From positions 1-64,000 of the forward strand of contig NEEC01000042.1 of assembly GCA_002189035.1 (NCBI GenBank): DNA of 64,000 bases. Direction: 5' to 3'. Position 1 is the stretch's first letter. Each line of letters starts with the position of its first letter. The DNA comes from Utricularia gibba (lineage: Eukaryota; Plantae; Magnoliophyta). Under the pieces are notes generated by a model, which saw only the letters and a program-made list of their open reading frames with translations, was not told the origin of the DNA and made no database searches. Below, piece by piece: positions 8,218 through 20,200 of this stretch. The position numbers and the translations under genes are program-made.

Positions 8218-11200
8218 GAAAGTGATGTATTTCTTAACATTCGGTTTCGGGGTTGCCAACATGGTTTTTCAAGGAACAGGTTCTCGTTTTGAGGCGGCCA
8301 GTATCGCAAGGAACTTGGTCCGGGCCCCTGATTCTTTATGGCTCATGAGGACAAAAGGATGCAAATCGATGAAATAAATGATGCATTTGTTTAAATTACG
8401 ATATCACGTGCACCCTACATGATTTTTTCAACAACTTACTTTATACTTTAGGTGGTGGTCTTGGGGGGCAAGAGGAACCAGACAACGGTCACCTTAAGTT
8501 TTGGCCGAAAGTAGGTTGCAGCCCGGCAAAGAAAGTGATGTATGTATTAACGTTCGGTTTTCGGGGTTGCTTACATGGTTTTTTCAAGGAACAACTTCTG
8601 CTTTAGTGGCGGCCAGTCTCGCTAGGAACTTGGTCCGGGCCCCTGATTCTTATGGCTCATGAGGACAAAGGATGCAAATCGATGAATAATGTGATGCATT
8701 TGTTTAAATTACGATATCACGTGCACCCTCCATGATTTTTTAAACAACTTACTATATCCTTGACGAGGTGGTCTTGGGGGGAAGAGGAACGGGAAAAAGG
8801 TTAGCTTAGGCTTGGGCCGAAAGTAAGTTGTAGCCCGTCAATTAAAGTGATGTCTTTATGAAGGTTCGGTTTTCAGGGTTGCCTACATGGTTTTTCAAGG
8901 AACATCTTCTCGTTTTGTGGCAGCCAGTCTCGCTGGGAACTTGGTCAGGACCCCGATTCTGTATGGCTCATGGGGTCAACCGGATGCAAATCGATGAAAA
9001 AAAATGATGCATTTGCTTAAATTACGATATCACGTGCACCCTACATGACTTTTTCAACAATTTACTTTATACTTGAGGAGGTGGTCTTGGGGGCAAGAGG
9101 AACCGGATAAAAGTCAGCATAGGCTTGGGCCGAAAGTAAGTTTTATCTCGGCAAAGAAAGTGATGTATTTATTAACGTTCGGTTTTCGGGGTTGCCTACA
9201 TGCTGTTTCAAGGGACAGCTTCTCGTTTTGTGGCGGCTAGTCTCGTTGGGAACCACGTCCTAGAACCCGATTCTGTATGGCTCATGGGGTCAACCGGATG
9301 CAAATCGATGAATAAATGATGCATTTGTTTAAATTACGATATCACGTGCACCCTACATCATTTTTTCAACAACATACTTTATACTTGAGGAGGTGGTCTT
9401 GGGGGGGAGAGGAACCGGAAAAAAGGTCAGCTTAGACTTGGGCCGAAAGTAAGTTGTAGCCCGGCAAATAAAGTGATGTATTTATTAAGGTTCGGTTTTC
9501 GGGGTTGCCAACATGGTTTTTAAAGGAACAGCTTCTCGTTTTGTGGCGCCCTGTATCGCATGGAACTTGGTCCGGGCCCCTAATTCTTTATGGCTCATGA
9601 GGACAAAAGGATGCAAATCGATGAAAAAAATGATGCATTTGTTTAAATTACGATATCACGTGCACCCTACATGATTTTTTCAACAACTTACTTTATACTT
9701 GAGGAGGTGGTCTTGGGGGCAAGGGGAACCGGAAAAAGGTCAGCTTAGGCTTGGGCCGAAAGTAAGTTGTAGCCCGGCAAATAAAGTGATGTATTTATTA
9801 ACATTCAGTTTTCGGGGCTGCCTACATGGTTTTTCAAGGAATATCTTCTCGTTTTGTGGCGGCCAGTCTCACTAGGAACTTGGTCCGGGCCCCCGATTCT
9901 TTATGGCTCATGAGTACAAAGGATGCAGTTCGATGAATACAATGATGCATTTGTTTAAATTACGATATCACGTGCACCCTACATCATTTTTTCAATAACG
10001 TACTTTATACTTGAGGAGGTGGTCTTGGGGGGCAAGAGGAACCGGACAAAGGTCAGTATAGGCTTTGGGCCGAAAGTAAGTTGTAGCCCGGCAAATAAAG
10101 TGATGTATTTCTTAACGTTCGCTTTTCGGGGTTGCCTACATGGTTTTTCAAGGAACATCTTCTCGTTTTTTGGCGGCAAGTCTCGTTGGGAACCTAATCC
10201 TAGACCCTGATTCTGTATGGCTCATGGGTCAACCGGATGCAAATCGATGAATACAATGATGCATTTGTTTAAATTACGATATCACGTGCACCCTACATAA
10301 TTTTTTCAATAACGTACTATATACTTGAGGAGGTGGTCTTGGGGGGAAGAGGAACCGGACAAAGGTCAGCATAGGCTTTGGCGGAAAGTAAGTTGTAGCC
10401 CGGCAAAGAAAGTGATGTATGTATTAACGTTCGGTTTTCGAGGTTGCTTACATGGTTTTTCATGGAACAACTTCTCCTTTACTGGCGGCCAGTCTCGCTA
10501 GGAAATTGGACCGGGCCCCTGATTCTTTATGGCTCATGAGGACAAAGGATGCAAATCGATGACTATAATGATGCATTTGTTTAAATTACGATATCACGTG
10601 CACCCTACATCATTTTTTCAACAACATACTTTATACTTGAGGAGGTGGTGTTCCGGGGCAAGGGGAACCGGAAAAAGGTCAGCTTAGGCTTGGGCCGAAA
10701 GTAAGTTGTAGCCCGGCAAATAAAGTGATGTATTTCTTAACGTTCGGTTTTCGTGGTTGCCTACATGGTTTTTCAAGGTACAGCTTCTCGTTTTGTGGCG
10801 CCCTGTATCGCATGGAACTTGGTCCGGGCCCCTAATTCATTATGGCTCATGAGGACAAAGGGTGCAATTCGATGAAAAAAATGATGCATTTGTTTAAATT
10901 ACGATATCACGTGCACCGTACATGATTTTTTCAACAACTTACTTTATACTTGAGGAGGTGGTGTTCCGGGGCAAGAGGAACCGGAAAAAGGTCAGCTTAG
11001 GCTTGGGCCGAAAGTAAGTTGTAGCCCGTCAAAGAAAGTGATGTATTTCTTAACGTTCGGTTTTCGGGGCTGCCTACATGGTTTTTCAAGGAATATCTTT
11101 CGTTTTGTGGCGGCCAGTCTCACTAGGAACTTGGTCCGGGCCCCCGATTCTTTATGGCTCATGAGTACAAAGGATGCAGTTCGATGAGTACAATGATGCA

Positions 11201-14200
11201 TTTGTTTAACTTTACGATATCACGTGCACCCTACATCATTTTTTCAATAACGTACTTTATACTTGAGGAGGTGGTCTTGGGGGCAAGAGGAACCGGACAA
11301 AGGTCAGTAAAGGCTTTGGCCGAAAGTAAGTTGTAGCCCGGCAAAGAAAGTGATGTATTTATTAACATTCGTTTTCGGGGTGCCTACATGGTTTTTCAAG
11401 GAACATCTTCTCGTTTTTTGGCGGCTAGTCTTGTTGGGAACCTGGTCCTAGACCCCGATTTTGTATGGCTCATGGGGTCAACCGGATGCAAATCGATTAA
11501 TACAATGATGCATTTGTTTAAATTACGATATCACGTGCACCCTATATCATTTTTTCAATAACGTACTATATACTTGAGGAGGTGGTCTTGGGGGGAAGAG
11601 GAACCGGACAAAGGTCAGCATAGGCTTTGGCGGAAAGTAAGTTGTAGCCGGCAAAGAAAGTGATGTATGTATTAACGTTCGGTTTTCGAGGTTGCTTACA
11701 TGGTTTTTCATGGAACAACTTCTCCTTTACTGGCGGCCAGTCTCGCTAGGAAATTGGACCGGGCCCCTGATTCTTTATGGCTCATGAGTACAAAGGATGC
11801 AATCGATGACCATTTGTTTAAATTACGATATCACGTGCACCCTACATGATTTTTCAACAACTTACTTTATACTTGAGGAGGTGGTCTTCAAGGGAACCGG
11901 AAAAAGGTCAGCTTAGGCTTGGGCCGAAAGTAAGTTGTAGCCCGGCAAATAAAGTGATGTATTTATTAAGGTTCGGTTTTCGGGGTTGCCAACATGGTCA
12001 GCTTCTCGTTTTGTGGCGCCCTGTATCGCATGGAACTTGGTCCGGGCCCCTAATTCATGGCTCCTGAGGACAAAGGATGCAATTCGATGGATGCATTTGT
12101 TTAAATTACGATATCACGTGCACCCTACATGATTTTTTCAACAACTTACTTTATACTTGAGGAGGTGGTCTTCGGGGGTAAGAGGAACCGAAAAAGGTCA
12201 GCTTAGGCTTGGGCCGAAAGTAAGTTGTAGCCCGGCAAATAAAGTGATGTATTTATTAACGTTCGGTTTTCGGGGGCCTACATGGTTTTTCAAGGAACAT
12301 CTTTCGTTTTGTGGCGCGTCTTGGAACTTGGTCCGGGCCCCTAATTTTTATGGCTCATGAGGACAAAGGATGCAAATCGATGAATACAATGATGCATTTG
12401 TTTAAATTACGATATCACGTGCACCCTACATCATTTTTTCAATAACGTACTTTATACTTGAGGAGGTGGTCTTGGGGGGCAAGAGGAACCGGACAAAGGT
12501 CAGTAGGCTTTAAGTTGTAGCCCGGCAAAGAAAGTGATGTCGTTCGGTTTTCGCTTGCCAACACTGGTCTTTTAAATGGCTCATGAGTACAAAGGATGCA
12601 ATTCGATGAATACAATGATGCATTTGTTTAAATTACGATATCACGTGCACCCTACATGATTTTTTCAACAACTTACTTTATACTTGAGGAGGTGGTCTTC
12701 GGGGTAAGAGGAACCGGAAAAAGGTCAGCTTAGGCTTGGGCCGAAAGTAAGTTGTAGCCCGGCAAATAAAGTGATGTATTTATTAAGGTTCGGTTTTCGG
12801 GGTTGCCAACATGGTTTTTAAAGGAACAGCTTCTCGTTTTGTGGCGCCCTGTATCGCATGGAACTTGGTCCGGGCCCCTAATTCTTTATGGCTCCTGAGG
12901 ACAAAAGGATGCAATTCGATGAATACAATGATGCATTTGTTTAAATTACGATATCACGTGCACCCTACATGATTTTTTCAACAACTTACTTTATACTTGA
13001 GGAGGTGGTCTTCGGGGGTAAGAGGAACCAGAAAAAGGTCAGCTTAGGCTTGGGCCGAAAGTAAGTTGTAGCCCGGCAAATAAAGTGATGTATTTATTAA
13101 GGTTCGGTTTTCGGGGTTGCCAACATGGTTTTTAAAGGAACAGCTTCTCGTTTTGTGGCGCCCTGTATCGCATGGAACTTGGTCCGGGCCCCTAATTCTT
13201 TATGGCTCATGAGGACAAAAGGATGCAAATCGATGAAAAAATGATGCATTTGTTTAAATTACGATATCACGTGCACCCTACATGATTTTTTCAACAACTT
13301 ACTTTATACTTGAGGAGGTGGTCTTGGGGGCAAGGGGAACCGGAAAAAGTTCAGCTTAGGCTTGGGCCGAAAGTAAGTTGTAGCCCGGCAAATAAAGTGT
13401 TGTATTTCTTAACGTTCGGTTTTCGTGGTTGCCTACATGGTTTTTCAAGGTACAGCTTCTCGTTTTGTGGCGCCCTGTATCGCATGGAACTTGGTCTGGG
13501 CCCCTAATTCATTATGGCTCATGAGGACAAAGGGTGCAATTCGATGAAAAAATGATGCATTTGTTTAAATTACGATATCACGTGCACCGTACATGATTTT
13601 TTCAACAACTTACTTTATACTTGAGGAGGTGGTGTTCCGGGGCAAGAGGAACCGGAAAAAGGTCAGCTTAGGCTTGGGCCGAAAGTAAGTTGTAGCCCGA
13701 CAAAGAAAGTGATGTATTTATCAAGGTTCGGTTTTCGGGGTTGCCTACATGGTTTTTCAAGGAACAGCTTCTCGTTTTGTGGCGGCCAGTATCGCAAGGA
13801 ACTTGGTCCGGGCGCCTGATTCTTTATGGCTCATGAGGACAAAAGTATGCAAATCGATGAAAAAAATGATGCATTTGTTTAAATTACGATATCACGTGCA
13901 CCCTACATGATTTTTTCAACAACTTACTTTATACTTGAGGAGGTGCTCTTGGGGGCAAGAGGAACCGGACAAAGGTCAGCTTAGGCTTAGGCCGAAAGTA
14001 AGTTGTAGCCCGGCAAAGAAAGTGATGTATTTATTAACATTCAGTTTTCGGGGGCTGCCTACATGGTTTTTCAAGGAACATATTCTCGTTTTTTGGCGGC
14101 TAGTCACATTGGGAACCTGGTCCTAGACCCCGATTCTGTATGGCTCATGGGGTCAACCGGATGCAAATCGATGAATACAATGATGCATTTGTTTAAATTG

Positions 14201-17200
14201 CGATATTACGTGCACCCTACATCATTTTTTCAACAACGTACTTTATACTTGAGGAGGTGGTCTTGGGGGGGAGAACCGGACAAAGGTTAGCATAGGCTTT
14301 GGTCGAAAGTAAGTTGTAGCCCGGCAAAGAAAAGTGATATATGTATTTACGTTCGGTTTTCGGGGATGCCTACATGGTTTTTCAAGGAACAACTTCTCCT
14401 TTAGTGGCGGCCAGTCTCGCTAGGAACTTGGTCCGGGCCCCCGATTCTTTATGGCTCATGAGTACAAAGGATGCAGTTCGATGAGTACAATGATGCATTT
14501 GTTTAACTTACGATATCACGTGCACCCTACATCATTTTTTCAATAACGTACTTTATACTTGAGGAGGTGGTCTTGGGGGCAAGAGGAACCGGACAAAGGT
14601 CAGTAAAGGCTTTGGCCGAAAGTAAGTTGTAGCCCGGCAAAGAAAGTGATGTATTTATTAACATTCCGTTTTCGGGGCTGCCTACATGGTTTTTCAAGGA
14701 ACATCTTCTCGTTTTTGGCGGCTAGTCTCGTTGGGAACCTGGTCCTAGACCCCGATTTTGTATGGCTCATGGGGTCAACCGGATGCAAATCGATTAATAC
14801 AATGATGCATTTGTTTAAATTACGATATCACGTGCACCCTATATCATTTTTTCAATAACGTACTATATACTTGAGGAGGTGGTCTTGGGGGGAAGAGGAA
14901 CCGGACAAAGGTCAGCATAGGCTTTGGCGGAAAGTAAGTTGTAGCACGGCAAAGAAAGTGATGTATGTATTAACGTTCGGTTTTCGAGGTTGCTTACATG
15001 GTTTTTCATGGAACAACTTCTCCTTTACTGGCGGCCAGTCTCGCTAGGAAATTGGACCGGGCCCCTGATTCTTTATGGCTCATGAGGACAAAGGATGCAA
15101 ATCGATGACTATAATGATTATTGTTTAAATTACGATATCACGTGCACCCTACATCATTTTTTCAACAACATACTTTATACTTGAGGAGGTGGTGTTCCGG
15201 GGCAAGGGGAACCGGAAAAAGGTCAGCTTAGGCCTTGGCCGAAAGTAAGTTGTAGCCCGGCAAATAAAGTGATGTATTTCTTAACGTTCGGTTTTCGTGG
15301 TTGCCTACATGGTTTTTCAAGGTACAGCTTCTCGTTTTGTGGCGCCCTGTATCGCATGGAACTTGGTCCGGGCCCCTAATTCATTATGGCTCATGAGGAC
15401 AAAGGGTGCAATTCGATGAAAAAAATGATGCATTTGTTTAAATTACGATATCACGTGCACCGTACATGATTTTTTCAACAACTTACTTTATACTTGAGGA
15501 GGTGGTGTTCCGGGGCAAGAGGAACCGGAAAAAGGTCAGCTTAGGCTTGGGCCGAAAGTAAGTTGTAGCCCGTCAAAGAAAGTGATGTATTTCTTAACGT
15601 TCGGTTTTCGGGGGCTGCCTACATGGTTTTTCAAGGAATATCTTTCGTTTTGTGGCGGCCAGTCTCACTAGGAACTTGGTCCGGGCCCCCGATTCTTTAT
15701 GGCTCATGAGTACAAAGGATGCAGTTCGATGAGTACAATGATGCATTTGTTTAAATTACGATATCACGTGCACCCTACATCATTTTTTCAATAACGTACT
15801 TTATACTTGAGGAGGTGGTCTTGGGGGCAAGAGGAACCGGACAAAGGTCAGTATAGGCTTTGGCCGAAAGTAAGTTGTAGCCCGGCAAAGAAAGTGATGT
15901 ATTTATTAACATTCCGTTTTCGGGGGCTGCCTACATGGTTTTTCAAGGAACATCTTCTCGTTTTTTGGCGGCTAGTCTCGTTGGGAACCTGGTCCAGACC
16001 CCGATTTTGTATGGCTCACGGGGTCAACCGGATGCAAATCGATTAATACAATGATGCATTTGTTTAAATTACGATATCACGTGCACCCTACATCATTTTT
16101 TCAATAACGTACTATATACTTGAGGAGGTGGTCTTGGGGGGAAGTGGAACCGGACAAAGGTCAGCATAGGCTTTGGCGGAAAGTAAGTTGTAGCCCGGCA
16201 AAGAAAGTGATGTATGTATTAACGTTTGGTTTTCGGGGTTGCTTACATGGCTTTTCATGGAACAACTTCTCCTTTAGTGGCGGCCAGTCTCGCTAGGAAA
16301 TTGGTCCGGGCCCCTGATTCTTTATGGCACATGAGGACAAAGGATGCAAATCGATGACTACAATGATGCATTTGTTTAAATTACGATATCACGTGCACCG
16401 TACATGATTTTTTCAACAACTTACTTTATACTTGAGGAGGTGGTGTTCCGGGGCAAGAGGAACCGGAAAAAGGTCAGCTTAGGCTTAGGCCGAAAGTAAG
16501 TTGTAGCCCGTCAAAGAAAGTGATGTATTTCTTAACGTTCGGTTTTCGGGGGCTGCCTACATGGTTTTTCAAGGAATATCTTTCGTTTTGTGGCGGCCAG
16601 TCTCACTAGGAACTTGGTCCGGGCCCCCGATTCTTTATGGCTCATGAGTACAAAGGATGCAGTTCGATGAGTACAATGATGCATTTGTTTAAATTACGAT
16701 ATCACGTGCACCCTACATCATTTTTTCAATAACGTACTTTATACTTGAGGAGGTGGTCTTGGGGGCAAGGGAACCGGAAAAAGGTCAGCTTAGGCTTGGG
16801 CCGAAAGTAAGTTGTAGCCTGGCAAATAAAGTGATGTATTTATTAACATTCAGTTTTCGGGGGCTGCCTACATGGTTTTTCAAGGAATATCTTTCGTTTT
16901 GTGGCGGCCAGTCTCACTAGGAACTTGGTCCGGGCCCCCGATTCTTTATGGCTCATGAGTACAAAGGATGCAGTTCGATGAGTACAATGATGCATTTGTT
17001 TAACTTACGATATCACGTGCACCCTACATCATTTTTTCAATAACGTACTTTATACTTGAGGAGGTGGTCTTGGGGGCAAGAGGAACCGGACAAAGGTCAG
17101 TAAAGGCTTTGGCCGAAAGTAAGTTGTAGCCCGGCAAAGAAAGTGATGTATTTATTAACATTCCGTTTTCGGGGGCTGCCTACATGGTTTTTCAAGGAAC

Positions 17201-20200
17201 ATCTTCTCGTTTTTTGGCGGCTAGTCTCGTTGGGAACCTGGTCCTAGACCCGATTTTGTATGGCTCATGGGGTCAACCGGATGCAAATCGATTAATACAA
17301 TGATGCATTTGTTTAAATTAGGATATCACGTGCACCCTATATCATTTTTTCAATAACGTACTATATACTTGAGGAGGTGGTCTTGGGGGGGAAGAGGAAC
17401 CGGACAAAGGTCAGCATAGGCTTTGGCGGAAAGTAAGTTGTAGCACGGCAAAGAAAGTGATGTATGTATTAACGTTCGGTTTTCGAGGTTGCTTACATGG
17501 TTTTTCATGGAACAACTTCTCCTTTACTGGCGGCCAGTCTCGCTAGGAAATTGGACCGGGCCCCTGATTCTTTATGGCTCATGAGTACAAAGGATGCAAT
17601 TCGATGAATACAATGATGCATTTGTTTAAATTACGATATCACGTGCACCCTACATGATTTTTTCAACAACTTACTTTATACTTGAGGAGGTGGTCTTCGG
17701 GGGTAAGAGGAACCGGAAAAAGGTCAGCTTAGGCTTGGGCCGAAAGTAAGTTGTAGCCCGGCAAATAAAGTGATGTATTTATTAAGGTTCGGTTTTCGGG
17801 GTTGCCAACATGGTTTTTAAAGGAACAGCTTCTCGTTTTGTGGCGCCCTGTATCGCATGGAACTTGGTCCGGGCCCCTAATTCTTTATGGCTCCTGAGGA
17901 CAAAAGGATGCAATTCGATGAATACAATGATGCATTTGTTTAAATTACGATATCACGTGCACCCTACATGATTTTTTCAACAACTTACTTTATACTTGAG
18001 GAGGTGGTCTTGGGGGCAAGGGGAACCGGAAAAAGTTCAGCTTAGGCTTGGGCCGAAAGTAAGTTGTAGCCCGCAAATAAAGTGTTGTATTTCTTAACGT
18101 TCGGTTTTCGTGGTTGCCTACATGGTTTTTCAAGGTACAGCTTCTCGTTTTGTGGCGCCCTGTATCGCATGGAACTTGGTCTGGGCCCCTAATTCATTAT
18201 GGCTCATGAGGACAAAGGGTGCAATTCGATGAAAAAAATGATGCATTTGTTTAAATTACGATATCACGTGCACCGTACATGATTTTTTCAACAACTTACT
18301 TTATACTTGAGGAGGTGGTGTTCCGGGGCAAGAGGAACCGGAAAAAGGTCAGCTTAGGCTTGGGCCGAAAGTAAGTTGTAGCCCGTCAAAGAAAGTGATG
18401 TATTTCTTAACGTTCGGTTTTCGGGGGCTGCCTACATGGTTTTTCAAGGAATATCTTTCGTTTTGTGGCGGCCAGTCTCACTAGGAACTTGGTCCGGGCC
18501 CCGATTCTTTATGGCTCATGAGTACAAAGGATGCAGTTCGATGAGTACAATGATGCATTTGTTTAAATTACGATATCACGTGCACCCTACATCATTTTTT
18601 CAATAACGTACTTTATACTTGAGGAGGTGGTCTTGGGGGCAAGGGAACCGGAAAAAGGTCAGCTTAGGCTTGGGCTGAAAGTAAGTTGTAGCCTGGCAAA
18701 TAAAGTGATGTATTTATTAACATTCAGTTTTCGGGGGCTGCCTACATGGTTTTTCAAGGAATATCTTTCGTTTTGTGGCGGCCAGTCTCACTAGGAACTT
18801 GGTCCGGGCCCCCGATTCTTTATGGCTCATGAGTACAAAGGATGCAGTTCGATGAGTACAATGATGCATTTGTTTAACTTACGATATCACGTGCACCCTA
18901 CATCATTTTTTCAATAACGTACTTTATACTTGAGGAGGTGGTCTTGGGGGCAAGAGGAACCGGACAAAGGTCAGTAAAGGCTTTGGCCGAAAGTAAGTTG
19001 TAGCCCGGCAAAGAAAGTGATGTATTTATTAACATTCCGTTTTCGGGGCTGCCTACATGGTTTTTCAAGGAACATCTTCTCGTTTTTTGGCGGCTAGTCT
19101 CGTTGGGAACCTGGTCCTAGACCCCGATTTTGTATGGCTCATGGGGTCAACCGGATGCAAATCGATTAATACAATGATGCATTTGTTTAAATTACGATAT
19201 CACGTGCACCCTATATCATTTTTTCAATAACGTACTATATACTTGAGGAGGTGGTCTTGGGGGGGAAGAGGAACCGGACAAAGGTCAGCATAGGCTTTGG
19301 CGGAAAGTAAGTTGTAGCACGGCAAAGAAAGTGATGTATGTATTAACGTTCGGTTTTCGAGGTTGCTTACATGGTTTTTCATGGAACAACTTCTCCTTTA
19401 CTGGCGGCCAGTCTCGCTAGGAAATTGGACCGGGCCCCTGATTCTTTATGGCTCATGAGTACAAAGGATGCAATTCGATGAGTACAATGATGCATTTGTT
19501 TAACTTACGATATCACGTGCACCCTACATCATTTTTTCAATAACGTACTTTATACTTGAGGAGGTGGTCTTGGGGGGCAAGAGGAACCGGACAAAGGTCA
19601 GTAAAGGCTTTGGCCGAAAGTAAGTTGTAGCCCGGCAAAGAAAGTGATGTATTTATTAACATTCCGTTTTCGGGGGCTGCCTACATGGTTTTTCAAGGAA
19701 CATCTTCTCGTTTTTTGGCGGCTAGTCTCGTTGGGAACCTGGTCCTAGACCCCGATTTTGTATGGCTCATGGGTCAACCGGATGCAAATCGATTAATACA
19801 ATGATGCATTTGTTTAAATTACGATATCACGTGCACCCTATATCATTTTTTCAATAACGTACTATATACTTGAGGAGGTGGTCTTGGGGGGAAGAGGAAC
19901 CGGACAAAGGTCAGCATAGGCTTTGGCGGAAAGTAAGTTGTAGCACGGCAAAGAAAGTGATGTATGTATTAACGTTCGGTTTTCGAGGTTGCTTACATGG
20001 TTTTTCATGGAACAACTTCTCCTTTACTGGCGGCCAGTCTCGCTAGGAAATTGGACCGGGCCCCTGATTCTTTATGGCTCATGAGTACAAAGGATGCAAT
20101 TCGATGAATACAATGATGCATTTGTTTAAATTACGATATCACGTGCACCCTACATCATTTTTTCAACAACTTACTTTATACTTGAGGAGGTGGTCTTCGG

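Noticed and set aside
9178-9192. CENP-B-box-like motif (TTCGGTTTTCGGG; also CTCGTTGGGAAC)
   Set aside because: Spacing between TTCG and CGGG is 5 nt rather than 7, the central A is missing, and the second motif fails key positions. Plants have no established CENP-B box system.
9700-9830. G-quadruplex potential from G-runs on the + strand
   Set aside because: GGG tracts are more than 30 nt apart; only weak two-tier GG patterns exist.
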